Of a stretch of DNA of 64,000 bases, positions 37,025 to 46,211 are shown piece after piece. The position numbers were made by a program, and so were the translations under genes. The stretch spans positions 97,408-161,407 of the forward strand of contig CALFYV010000090.1 of the NCBI GenBank assembly GCA_937952395.1. The letters run 5' to 3'. How positions within the stretch are numbered: position 1 is the stretch's first letter; each line of letters starts with the position of its first letter. A model generated the notes under the pieces. That model saw only the letters and a program-made list of their open reading frames with translations, was not told the DNA's origin and did no database searches. Source of the stretch: an uncultured Bacteriovoracaceae bacterium. Its GTDB lineage: Bacteria > Bdellovibrionota > Bacteriovoracia > Bacteriovoracales > Bacteriovoracaceae.

Positions 37025-37355
37025 AATAGATGAATTGAATAAACAACGAACAACTTTGGATGAAGAGTTAAGAACTCTTTATCAAGAATTAGATAAGCAT
37101 TTATTATCTGAAGTAGAGTCTCTAGGTATTTTTAATGCTCCGTGGGAGGCTTTTGAAGATCATATAAGTTATTCCGAAAAAGGTCAGAGATTTTATCTTC
37201 GAGATAGAAGTTTGATTGATCAATGTGGGAAACTATTTAAAAAATACAATAAAATAAAAGGCAATGGATATACTCGTGGCATTTTAGATTTACCAGCGGG
37301 CGGTGGCGTGTTAACAGAAAATAAAGCCAAATTACTCAGTGGAGAAATTGTATGA
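36996..37355 (+). CDS. Hypothetical protein
   Basis: 119-aa ORF with a 29-nt overlap with the exonuclease gene. Confidence 0.5.
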   Translation: MASVKDLKFKIDELNKQRTTLDEELRTLYQELDKHLLSEVESLGIFNAPWEAFEDHISYSEKGQRFYLRDRSLIDQCGKLFKKYNKIKGNGYTRGILDLPAGGGVLTENKAKLLSGEIV

Positions 37356-38440
37356 GAATTTTAAATGAAGTTAAATTAGATTTTGACGATGTATTAATTG
37401 TCCCTAAGAGATCAGAAGCTCCCAGTCGTAAAAGCGTAGATTTAACTAGAAAATATACTTTCTTAAATTCTAAAGTTACTTGGGAAGGCTTTCCCGTCCT
37501 TGCAGCAAATATGGATACCACAGGTTCTTTTGCAATGGTTGATGCTTTGGCAAAAGAAGGTGCTATGACTTGTTTGCATAAACATTATTCTATCCCTGAA
37601 TTGGAAAGTTTTCTGTCTGTGGACAGTAATGTAAATCATACCTTTTACACACTTGGAATTAAGGAAGAAGATTTTGAGAAGTTAAAAGCGGTTGTTAAAC
37701 TAGTTCCTGGTCTTAAGTATATCACTATTGATGTCGCAAATGGTTATACAAGGTATTTTGTAGATAAAGTTAAACAAGTTAGAGATTTGCTCCCCAATGC
37801 AGTAATTCTAGCTGGAAATGTAGCTACTCCTGAAATGGTTCAAGAACTATTGTTATCCGGTGGGGCCGATATTGTAAAAGTTGGAATTGGTAGTGGTTCA
37901 GTATGTACTACTCGGGTAAAAACAGGCATTGGATATCCACAATTTTCTGCGGTTGTTGAATGTGCTGATGTTGCTCATGGGCTAAGGGGACATATTTGCT
38001 CAGATGGTGGTTGTAAACAACCGCAAGATGTGGTAAAAGCCTTTGCAGGCGGTGCTGACTTTGTAATGTTGGGCGGCATGTTAGCTGGTGCTGATGAATG
38101 TGAGGGCGAGTGGGAGATGGGAAATGATGTTAATTGGGACGGAAAACACCCAACGGTTACAGCTAATATTGTAAAAAAGAAGCTGAAGTTTTATGGAATG
38201 TCCAGTCGTGAAGCTATGAACAAGTATTCCGGTGGGCAAGCAAACTATAAAGCCTCAGAAGGCAAGTGTGTCACCATTCCGTATAAAGGCACAGCAACTG
38301 AAATTATAAGGGATATTAAAGGTGGAATTAGAAGTGCTTGCACAATGGTGGGAACAGAAAAATTCAAAGATTTAAGTAAATGTAGCACTTTTATAAGAGT
38401 AAACAGAACACACAATACCGTTTATGGGAATCAGGTATGA
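37352..38440 (+). CDS. guaC: GMP reductase
   Basis: The N-terminus aligns with E. coli GuaC from memory (DVLIVPKRS...ANMDTTGSF...LHKHYS). Catalytic loop GIGSGSVCTTR. Confidence 0.85.
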   Translation: MRILNEVKLDFDDVLIVPKRSEAPSRKSVDLTRKYTFLNSKVTWEGFPVLAANMDTTGSFAMVDALAKEGAMTCLHKHYSIPELESFLSVDSNVNHTFYTLGIKEEDFEKLKAVVKLVPGLKYITIDVANGYTRYFVDKVKQVRDLLPNAVILAGNVATPEMVQELLLSGGADIVKVGIGSGSVCTTRVKTGIGYPQFSAVVECADVAHGLRGHICSDGGCKQPQDVVKAFAGGADFVMLGGMLAGADECEGEWEMGNDVNWDGKHPTVTANIVKKKLKFYGMSSREAMNKYSGGQANYKASEGKCVTIPYKGTATEIIRDIKGGIRSACTMVGTEKFKDLSKCSTFIRVNRTHNTVYGNQV

Positions 38441-38595
38441 TTTGTTGTTTATGTGGCGAAGAAGTAGATGATCCTATAATCGAAGAGCCTTTCTTGGCAA
38501 CTTGTCTTAATGCTCACAAAGAGTGTTGGGAAAAATATAAAATATGGTATAATGAGTACACTAAAAAAATTCCTGGAGTTAAACAGGAAAAATAA
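38437..38595 (+). CDS. Possible 52-aa Cys-rich peptide (below the ORF-track cutoff)
   Basis: ATGA-coupled to guaC. Sequence is MICCLCGEEVDDPIIEEPFLATCLNAHKECWEKY... It overlaps the likely hldE start by 44 nt, so this call is uncertain. Confidence 0.3.
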   Translation: MICCLCGEEVDDPIIEEPFLATCLNAHKECWEKYKIWYNEYTKKIPGVKQEK

Positions 38596-39925
38596 AAAAA
38601 ATATAGCTGTCGTTGGTGATACGTTAATCGACGAATATTATTTTATAGATTCTAATCGTATAAGTCCGGAATTCCCAATTCCGGTGTTTCTCTCCCTTAC
38701 CAGCACTCCAGATATTGTGCGTCCAGGTGGTGCTGGAAATGTTGCCTATCAATTTAAACACTTTAATGTCAATGCTATTCTTTATGGGTTTGCCGACCGT
38801 TATTTTGAAAATCTCGCCCAAGAGCACGGATTAAATATTCAATATATGAATATCAAGGGTTTAGCCTGTCCTATTAAACGTCGTTTTTATTACCAAGACT
38901 TTCCTCTTTGTCGATGGGATGTTGAAGCAAAAAATTATAATATTGATCCGATAGAGCTAAGATGTGGAGAACAAAAATATATTTATGGTAAATGTCGTGA
39001 AGACATTAAAATTCTGTCCGATTATAATAAAGGATTTTTTGGTGAGGATGTTTCTTATTGGCTAAAAGGAACCACTATAGTTGATCCTAAAAAAGGACCA
39101 GCAAGCAAGTGGAAGGGTTGCACTATTTTTAAGCCCAATTTTAAAGAAGCTGAGGAATTAACCGGAACCACAGATGTTGATGAACAATTAAAGATTTTGC
39201 TTAGTGAAACAGATGCTAAATTTGTTGTTATTACTAATGCTGGTGATAGTGTTTTTGTTGGCACAAAGCCGGGTGGCTTTACTTATGTGGGGACACAAGA
39301 AGTAAAGGTCATAAGCAATATTGGTGCGGGAGATTGTTTTGCTGCGATGTTAGCTTTAGCTTATTCTCATGGAATGTCTATAAGCGAATGTGTTGAAGTG
39401 GCTTATGAAGCCGGCTCAGTTTATGTTCAAAAAAGATATAATGAGCCAATTACACCTTATGAGTTATTGTTACATGATGACCCCGTAGCAGCTAAACTGG
39501 TAGACCCAGAAGAATTAGTTGAGCGTGATTTTACATTATGTTTTACTAATGGATGTTTTGATATTTTACATGAAGCTCATGTGGATTTATTAAAGTATGC
39601 AAAATCCACAGCAGATAAGTTGGTTGTTGCTTTAAATACGGATGAAAGTGTGTCACGTTTAAAAGGGGCTGGACGCCCTGTAAATGCCTTAGAAAGCAGA
39701 ATGAAAATGCTTTCTATTCTCGAATTTGTAGATTTTATTGTGTCTTTTGATGAAGATACGCCCTCAAAATTAATCGAATTAATACAGCCTGATATTCTCT
39801 GTAAAGGAGGTGATTACACACCAGAAGAAATAGTAGGGCATAATTTGGTTAAAGACGTACGGATATTTCCGTACGTCGAGGGCAAATCTACATCTGAATT
39901 AATAAAGCAAATTAAAAATAGTTAA
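38552..39925 (+). CDS. hldE: Bifunctional D-beta-D-heptose 7-phosphate kinase / heptose 1-phosphate adenylyltransferase
   Basis: PfkB-type kinase half (VVGDTLIDEY...ISPEFPIPV, GAGDCF) plus a cytidylyltransferase half (TNGCFDILHEAHV). Start at 38552 aligns with the E. coli HldE N-terminus. Confidence 0.85.
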   Translation: MSTLKKFLELNRKNKKNIAVVGDTLIDEYYFIDSNRISPEFPIPVFLSLTSTPDIVRPGGAGNVAYQFKHFNVNAILYGFADRYFENLAQEHGLNIQYMNIKGLACPIKRRFYYQDFPLCRWDVEAKNYNIDPIELRCGEQKYIYGKCREDIKILSDYNKGFFGEDVSYWLKGTTIVDPKKGPASKWKGCTIFKPNFKEAEELTGTTDVDEQLKILLSETDAKFVVITNAGDSVFVGTKPGGFTYVGTQEVKVISNIGAGDCFAAMLALAYSHGMSISECVEVAYEAGSVYVQKRYNEPITPYELLLHDDPVAAKLVDPEELVERDFTLCFTNGCFDILHEAHVDLLKYAKSTADKLVVALNTDESVSRLKGAGRPVNALESRMKMLSILEFVDFIVSFDEDTPSKLIELIQPDILCKGGDYTPEEIVGHNLVKDVRIFPYVEGKSTSELIKQIKNS

Positions 39926-40105
39926 TTATTTGCACACAGGACAATCTTTACAGCCGTCACAAGTGCAGTTTCCATCTTCACAATGGCAGTCTGGGCCGCA
40001 AGTACATCTTGGGCAACAAGAATTGTCTACTGGCTGACATTTGTCACAACAACCAGCAAAAGCCAAACAACCAACGATTGCTAATAGTGATAAAATTGAT
40101 TTCAT
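39926..40105 (-). CDS. 59-aa cysteine-rich lipoprotein-like peptide (below the ORF-track cutoff)
   Basis: AGGAG lies 7 nt upstream. Sequence is MKSILSLLAIVGCLAFAGCCDKCQPVDNSCCPRCTCGPDCHCEDGNCTCDGCKDCPVCK: a signal peptide with a lipobox-like FAGC, and 15 Cys in total. Confidence 0.55.
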   Translation of the reverse strand: MKSILSLLAIVGCLAFAGCCDKCQPVDNSCCPRCTCGPDCHCEDGNCTCDGCKDCPVCK

Positions 40106-40137
40106 AATATTCTCCTAAATGACTATTTTATATAGTC

Positions 40138-40413
40138 ATGGGAAAGAGGCTTTCAAGAAAACAGTTAAAAAAAAGAACATCAAAGAAGTGTTATTTTTGT
40201 GATTGTGATGAATATGAGCTTTTAGATGTTCATCGTATTGTGCCGGGTGAAGAGGGCGGCAAATACAATGATTTCAACACTTTGGTCTGTTGTGCCTTAT
40301 GCCACCGAAAAATTCACTCTAACAAGATTCAAATCTTAGGCAAATATTATTCCACTGCTGGTCGATATATTTTATATTATATAAATGAAGAGGGCAAAGA
40401 AATGTGGGAATAG
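40138..40413 (+). CDS. HNH endonuclease
   Basis: CYFCDC...DVHRIVPGEEGG...NTLVCCALCHRKIH. Confidence 0.8.
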   Translation: MGKRLSRKQLKKRTSKKCYFCDCDEYELLDVHRIVPGEEGGKYNDFNTLVCCALCHRKIHSNKIQILGKYYSTAGRYILYYINEEGKEMWE

Positions 40414-40429
40414 CAATATATAAATTACT

Positions 40430-40696
40430 ATGGACACATTAAACTTTAAATCTTGGCTTGAAAATATTGATGCTGAAAAAGCCGTAGCTGCTGACCCCAC
40501 TTTATCTGCGGCAGCCAAAGGTGCTGAAATGGCAGCTAGAACTGCTGTTGAAAAAGGCCAAGACCCTGTGAAAGCGGCTCAAATGGCTGTATTAGACGCT
40601 GGCGTGCCTTCTAACAAGCTTGGACAAGTGTTGCCTAGGGCCACCACGTTGAATAAAATGAAAGCTAAAATGAAGTCCAAGATGAAGAAAAAATGA
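40430..40696 (+). CDS. Small protein with FKSWLE leader and basic tail
   Basis: Begins MDTLNFKSWLENID and ends KMKAKMKSKMKKK. Confidence 0.55.
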   Translation: MDTLNFKSWLENIDAEKAVAADPTLSAAAKGAEMAARTAVEKGQDPVKAAQMAVLDAGVPSNKLGQVLPRATTLNKMKAKMKSKMKKK

Positions 40697-40938
40697 TAGA
40701 GTTACACTTCAAACAGTTTTTAGAAACATTAACAGGCCGAGCCGCCCAGAAAATTTGGAAGCCAGAAACTCCAGTAATTAAAGACAATCCTAAACTTAGT
40801 AGGGCAGATCAAAAAAAGCGGCTTAAGGGTGTTCATTTGAATCAGGGATTTAGACCTCAATTTCCTGCTCCTTTTAAAGGTCTTACTGCTGATAAATTTG
40901 GGATTAAAGTCCGAAAAATTCCTAATCCTAAGAAATAA
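40693..40938 (+). CDS. Small basic protein with FKQFLE leader
   Basis: Begins MIELHFKQFLETL. Lys/Arg/Pro-rich. Confidence 0.5.
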   Translation: MIELHFKQFLETLTGRAAQKIWKPETPVIKDNPKLSRADQKKRLKGVHLNQGFRPQFPAPFKGLTADKFGIKVRKIPNPKK

Positions 40939-41138
40939 TGTTTTATACTCTTTATAACAAAAAATTAGATCAATATCTTGTACATCCTCAAATCGGACTT
41001 TGGTATACTAAAGACTATCAAGAAGCCAAATCTATGTTGCAAAGCTGCAAAGAATATGTTAATTCTTTTGATTTAGATGATTATGAAAAAGAATTTGTTA
41101 TTGTAAATGCCGAAACGGGCGAAGAAATATGTCAATAA
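40938..41138 (+). CDS. Hypothetical protein
   Basis: 66-aa coupled ORF. Confidence 0.45.
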   Translation: MFYTLYNKKLDQYLVHPQIGLWYTKDYQEAKSMLQSCKEYVNSFDLDDYEKEFVIVNAETGEEICQ

Positions 41139-41632
41139 TTTCTCCTACTGGAAAAAATTTAGATATTGTCATTTCTTGTGATTTCCTTCCACATCACAAT
41201 TGGATGTCTTTTGCTTCTTGGTATTCTATTTATAAAAACCTACCAGATGCTAAAGTTAGAATATTGTGTAAAAGAACACAATTTGTTAGTGATTTCTTTA
41301 AATGGACGTTTAAATGTAAAGTTCCTTTTATTCAATATACTGATCATTATGTATTTCGTGAAAATGAGTTAAAAATCACACCAGATGTTATGGCCATTGA
41401 TATTTATGATAAAGATGCACTTGGGCCTATTGATGTGCGTTTGGAAGAAAAAAGTACTTTTATCACTTATTTACATGGATGTGGTAATTTTGTGTTAACG
41501 GAATGGATAGATACTTTTAGAAATCCGTTTGGCATGACGGGGAGATTTTTCTCCAACAATTTAACTGTCAACGAATATAGAGTGTTAAAATTATGGGAGA
41601 AATGTCATAAGATTTATAATGCCACCATTTAG
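41129..41632 (+). CDS. Hypothetical protein
   Basis: 167-aa ORF. Confidence 0.55.
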   Translation: MSIISPTGKNLDIVISCDFLPHHNWMSFASWYSIYKNLPDAKVRILCKRTQFVSDFFKWTFKCKVPFIQYTDHYVFRENELKITPDVMAIDIYDKDALGPIDVRLEEKSTFITYLHGCGNFVLTEWIDTFRNPFGMTGRFFSNNLTVNEYRVLKLWEKCHKIYNATI

Positions 41633-41640
41633 GAGATATT

Positions 41641-41946
41641 ATGAGATACAGAGAATTTGAGGATGATGAAAATTATGATGGCTACGAAGGATTTCTTCCA
41701 AATGATTTTGAAGGAGAAGAAGTAGAATTCGGCAGTATTGAAGAATTAAGCCATGAATTGAGACAAGCAGATTTGTATTTTTCACAAGTCAATTTGAATC
41801 GCAAAATTCTCCTAGATAGCATTAAAATGTTGAAATCTTCATGGTTTTGGAAATTTACCAAACATCAAACTAAGTTAAAGAGAATAGCTGAAACCTATAA
41901 GGCATTTTCTAGCTTGGTCTCTGAGCCAGAAGATGAAGAGGAGTAA
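41641..41946 (+). CDS. Acidic hypothetical protein
   Basis: 101-aa ORF with AGGAG upstream. Confidence 0.55.
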   Translation: MRYREFEDDENYDGYEGFLPNDFEGEEVEFGSIEELSHELRQADLYFSQVNLNRKILLDSIKMLKSSWFWKFTKHQTKLKRIAETYKAFSSLVSEPEDEEE

Positions 41947-41948
41947 AA

Positions 41949-42287
41949 TTGCCAATTTATGAATTCCAATGCAAAGATTGTGATTTGATCTATGAAGAAC
42001 TAGTTTCCTTTGATAAAACCGGGAAATACAAGGGCGTTGTTTGTCCGAAGTGTGAATCGAAGAAAAAGTTCAAGCTAGTGAGTAATTCAAATTTCGCTTT
42101 TTCAAATCCTGAAGGCACAGACCGTTGGAATTCCGATAGCCAAGGACATGATTATCGGTTCAAATACAATCTGCCCAATGCTAAAGAAGAACGAAAAATG
42201 GCTGAAAAAACTTCGAAGGTTGGGAAAAAGCCATATAGAGATATTGACGACATTTCGCACGGTCGATATTTTGGTGAAGTTAAATGA
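41949..42287 (+). CDS. FmdB-family zinc-ribbon protein
   Basis: MPIYEFQCKDC...CPKC signature. TTG start. Confidence 0.6.
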   Translation: MPIYEFQCKDCDLIYEELVSFDKTGKYKGVVCPKCESKKKFKLVSNSNFAFSNPEGTDRWNSDSQGHDYRFKYNLPNAKEERKMAEKTSKVGKKPYRDIDDISHGRYFGEVK

Positions 42288-42359
42288 TTTTTCGTTCTTG
42301 AATTCCAAATTTCTGTTTTTTGACATTGCTTTAAATTTGTCCTTCCGATAAGCTCACGA

Positions 42360-44486
42360 ATGCTGAGCAAACCTCCCAGGCAAAGGAATAAAATAATGCA
42401 AGAAGTGACCAAAGAGCTTAATTGGCTATCCGAACAGTTTGATGCTTCTGAGTTTAAGACTCTTCATGAAGAGATGTCTTTCTCTGACTATGTAGATTCT
42501 GTTATCAGAAACCCCAAGCTGGCTCGTTCTGCCTATCAGCGTATCTATGATATGATCATGGATGAGGGGACCACTACCTTTAAGCGTTATCGTAAGACTT
42601 ATACAAATTATAAATTCTTCGATGACGTTGATGTGCCAATTTTCGGATTAGAAGATACGTTGAATGAGTTGGTTCGTTTTATTCGTGGTGCCGCTGGCGG
42701 GTATGGCACTGAGAAGAGAATTCTTTTACTTCACGGTCCTGTTGGTTCTGCTAAATCAACAATCTGTCGCCTGTTGAAGAGAAAGATGGAAAATTATAGT
42801 CGCACGGATGCTGGGGCTTGGTATACCTACAAATGGGTTAATCTTCCCATTGGGCAAGAAGATGGAATTTATACTCATACTTATGATGAGTGCCCAATGC
42901 ACGACGATCCTTTGAAGTTAATTCCTATGAATATTCGTAGGAAACTCTTCACTCGCCTTAACGAAATTCATATGGAGCAAACTCCGGAGAAAGATCGTCA
43001 GGCTCAATATACTCTCAAGTCTGAAGGTGAACTAAATCCTCGCTGCAAGAAATTCATGCAGGAATTGCTGTTGAAGTATGACGGCGATTGGAAGAAGGTT
43101 GTAGAAAACCACATCACTGTGGTTCGTAAAGTTTATTCCGAAGCGGATCGCATTGGAATTGCAACTTTTCAGCCCAAGGATGAGAAAAACCAGGATGCCA
43201 CTGAGCTTACTGGCGATATTGATTACAGCAAGCTTCCTCACTTCGGGGCCGACTCTGATCCCCGTGCTTTCAACTTTGATGGTGAATTCTGTGTGGGCAA
43301 TCGTGGCCTAACCGAATTCATCGAAATGTTGAAGCTCAGCAAAGAATTTCTTTATGATTTGCTGGGTGCCTCTCAAGAACGTTCGATCAAGCCGAAAAAG
43401 TTTGCTCAAATTTCGGTAGACGAAGTTCTCATTGGTCACACCAACGGCCCAGAGTATGAGAAACTTAAGAATGACCAGACGATGGAAGCATTGAGGGACC
43501 GCACGGTGAAAATCGATGTTCCTTATTTGCTACGCTGGTCAGACGAAATTCGTGTCCTATCTCAGGATTATGGACAAGATAAGGTGCGTCAACATATTGC
43601 CCCACACACAATTGAAATCGCTGCCCTGTGGGCAGTGTTGACCCGTCTTAAAAATGATAAAGACAATAAATTGTCTTTGGTCGAGAAGGCCAAGCTTTAT
43701 GATGGCAAATATCTCCCAGGATATACTGAAGATACCGTAAAAGAATTACGGGACAAATATCCTGGAGAGGGCATGGACGCTGGTGTCTCGGCTCGTTATG
43801 TGCAAGATAAAATTTCAAATTGCCTTTCTTCGCACTATGATTACATTAACCCCTTTATGGTCTTGAACGAGATTCGTGACGGACTGAAACATTCTTCGTT
43901 GATTACCAACGAAGAAGATAAGGGCAAGTATGTTGAGTGTGTGGATGCGGTAATGAAGGAATTAGATCAAATTCTGAAGACCGAAGTGCAAAAGGCTTTA
44001 GTAGGTGACGAAGATGCCATCAACCGTCTTTGCACTAATTATATTGATAATGTTATCGCATTCATCAATGATTCTAAGGTCATCAATCCTTACACTCAGA
44101 AAGAGCAAGAGCCGGATGAACGCCTAATGCGTTCCATTGAAGAAAAGATTGATATTCCTGAGGTGGGCGTCGATGACTTCCGCCGCAGCATCGCAGCCTT
44201 CATTGGAACCTTGGCCCAAAAAGGTGAGAAGTTCAAGTGGGACAGTAATGTCGAACTAAAAGACGCCTTACAGGCTAAATTGTTCGAGGATACCAAGGAC
44301 CACATTAAACTTTCGGCCCTAAGCACCTCCGGTGCCAGTGTAGTTGAGCCAGACTTGCAAGAAAAAATCGATGCAATTAAGCAGCGTTTGATCAAGCAAT
44401 ATGGCTATAATTCGAAGTCTGCTGAAGATGTTCTAAACTACGTGGGCTCGATTTTCGCCCGAGGTGATGTGGCTGATGATGATTAA
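42360..44486 (+). CDS. prkA: PrkA/YeaG-family AAA+ serine protein kinase
   Basis: LLLHGPVGSAKST P-loop. The length and the conserved blocks (GLTEFIEMLK, HTNGPEYE) fit PrkA. Alternative start at 42396 (MQEV), preceded by AAGGAA. Confidence 0.88.
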   Translation: MLSKPPRQRNKIMQEVTKELNWLSEQFDASEFKTLHEEMSFSDYVDSVIRNPKLARSAYQRIYDMIMDEGTTTFKRYRKTYTNYKFFDDVDVPIFGLEDTLNELVRFIRGAAGGYGTEKRILLLHGPVGSAKSTICRLLKRKMENYSRTDAGAWYTYKWVNLPIGQEDGIYTHTYDECPMHDDPLKLIPMNIRRKLFTRLNEIHMEQTPEKDRQAQYTLKSEGELNPRCKKFMQELLLKYDGDWKKVVENHITVVRKVYSEADRIGIATFQPKDEKNQDATELTGDIDYSKLPHFGADSDPRAFNFDGEFCVGNRGLTEFIEMLKLSKEFLYDLLGASQERSIKPKKFAQISVDEVLIGHTNGPEYEKLKNDQTMEALRDRTVKIDVPYLLRWSDEIRVLSQDYGQDKVRQHIAPHTIEIAALWAVLTRLKNDKDNKLSLVEKAKLYDGKYLPGYTEDTVKELRDKYPGEGMDAGVSARYVQDKISNCLSSHYDYINPFMVLNEIRDGLKHSSLITNEEDKGKYVECVDAVMKELDQILKTEVQKALVGDEDAINRLCTNYIDNVIAFINDSKVINPYTQKEQEPDERLMRSIEEKIDIPEVGVDDFRRSIAAFIGTLAQKGEKFKWDSNVELKDALQAKLFEDTKDHIKLSALSTSGASVVEPDLQEKIDAIKQRLIKQYGYNSKSAEDVLNYVGSIFARGDVADDD

Positions 44487-44518
44487 TTAAATATCTAAAT
44501 TTGCCTGAAAAATAGAGC

Positions 44519-44578
44519 AAACCGCCATATATAACATTGTCGAGAAACACTTTCGGCAGTGGAAATATATGGCGGTTT
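44519..44578 (+). terminator. Long inverted repeat / terminator-like hairpin after prkA
   Basis: 14-bp perfect arms (AAACCGCCATATAT / ATATATGGCGGTTT), 32-nt loop, followed by GTTTTTGG. Confidence 0.55.
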
Positions 44579-44596
44579 GTTTTTGGTAGTGGTAAA

Positions 44597-46195
44597 ATGA
44601 AAATATGCAGCAAGTGTAAATTAGAACTTCCTTTTGATTCATTTTCAAAGCACAGTCGATCTAAAGATGGTCTTTACTATTGTTGTAAGATTTGTAAGGC
44701 AAAGGAAGATCGAGAATATCGAGCAAGGCATCGAGACAAAATTAAAAAGAAGAAACATTTGTATTATGAGCAAAATAAAGATCATATAAAGTGTAAAACA
44801 GTAAGATATCAGAAACACAATCCTGATAAGGTTAAAGCTTATTCTAAAACAGCAAGAGAAAATCTAAAAATAGAAATATTTAATCATTATTGCAATTGCA
44901 ATATTGAATGTAAAAATTGTGGGCAAAATCAATTGCATTTATTGACAGTTGATCATGTTAACGGTGGTGGTTCCCAACATAAGAGAAGGATCAAAAATCT
45001 TTATTCTTGGATTAAACGAAATAATTTTCCAGAAGGCTTTCAGGTTCTTTGTTGGAATTGTCAATTTAGAAAAAAGAATGAAGAGGCCAAGCCTGAAAAC
45101 CCACAGCCCAATCAAATAAAACAAGCAGAGTATGTTAAAAACATTAAAAAAGAAGTTTTATCACACTATGGAACAACATGCTCCTGCGGAGAATCAGATG
45201 ATGTAGTTTTAACCTTAGATCATATAAATGACAACGGAGCAGAGCATAGAAAAAAATTAGGTCGCAGAGGTTTTAATTTTTATCTTTGGTTGAGAAAAAA
45301 CAACTTTCCAAATGATCCGCCATTGCAAGTATTATGTGCTAATTGCCAATATGATAAGCACAATTTAAAACCTCGTTTATTTAACAGCGAAACACACCTC
45401 CCAGAACACAAAGTACATTTAGAAATTGCTTCTTGGTTAGATTCATTTGGTTTAAAGCTTGAAGATAAAACAATTGAGTATTGTGACTTTTTTTGGCACA
45501 CACAAGTTCCTGAAAGGTATCATTATAATAAATACAAAGAATATTTAGAAAACAATGTTCAATTGATCACTATTTTTGAAGATGAATGGAATGATAGACG
45601 TTCGCAATGTGAGTCTCATATTCTTTCTTTGTTTGGGATAAAAGAAAGAACCGTCTTTGCTAGAAAGTGTTCAATAGTTGATTTAAACAAAGTTGAATTT
45701 AACAAGTTTTGCGATGCTTATCATATTCAAGGTTCTAATAGACTGGGTTTAATTTTTTATGGACTGGAATTTAAAGGCGAGTTGTTGGGGGTTATGTCGC
45801 TGGGACGGCACCACCGACAGGTTAAAACTTTAGTATTAGATCGTTTGTGTTTTAAACGAGGCGTGCAAATTCCAGGTGGCGCAAGCAAGCTTTTTAGCAG
45901 ATGTATAGAATGGGCAAAAATAAATAATTATTCTGATATAATTAGCTTTTCTGATAATAGGTGGAGTTTAGGAGGGGTTTATAAAGCTTTAAATTTTCAA
46001 TTAGACAAAGAACTCCCACCAGACTATAGCTATGTAGATTTAAAAAATGGCGGGAAAAGATTATCCAAACAATCTCAGAAAAAGAAAAACACAAATTGTC
46101 CTTCTGGAATGACCGAAAAGGAATGGGCTTTAGAGCGAGGTTTGGTCCGAATTTGGGATTGTGGTAAAAAGAGATGGGTGTATAATATTCATTGA
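44597..46195 (+). CDS. Double-HNH homing-endonuclease-like protein
   Basis: Two HNH modules (TVDHVNGGGSQH...VLCWNCQ and TLDHINDNGAEH...VLCANCQ) after Cys-rich N-terminal repeats. The C-terminal ARKC...YHIQG...GGASKLF domain resembles those fused to freestanding phage endonucleases. Confidence 0.65.
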   Translation: MKICSKCKLELPFDSFSKHSRSKDGLYYCCKICKAKEDREYRARHRDKIKKKKHLYYEQNKDHIKCKTVRYQKHNPDKVKAYSKTARENLKIEIFNHYCNCNIECKNCGQNQLHLLTVDHVNGGGSQHKRRIKNLYSWIKRNNFPEGFQVLCWNCQFRKKNEEAKPENPQPNQIKQAEYVKNIKKEVLSHYGTTCSCGESDDVVLTLDHINDNGAEHRKKLGRRGFNFYLWLRKNNFPNDPPLQVLCANCQYDKHNLKPRLFNSETHLPEHKVHLEIASWLDSFGLKLEDKTIEYCDFFWHTQVPERYHYNKYKEYLENNVQLITIFEDEWNDRRSQCESHILSLFGIKERTVFARKCSIVDLNKVEFNKFCDAYHIQGSNRLGLIFYGLEFKGELLGVMSLGRHHRQVKTLVLDRLCFKRGVQIPGGASKLFSRCIEWAKINNYSDIISFSDNRWSLGGVYKALNFQLDKELPPDYSYVDLKNGGKRLSKQSQKKKNTNCPSGMTEKEWALERGLVRIWDCGKKRWVYNIH

Positions 46196-46211
46196 ATATA
46201 AAGGAGATATT

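Noticed and set aside
42320-42359. TTGACA at 42320 as a promoter for prkA.
   Set aside because: There is no acceptable -10 element at 16-18 nt spacing. The nearest TAnnnT is 23 nt away, so this is left unannotated.
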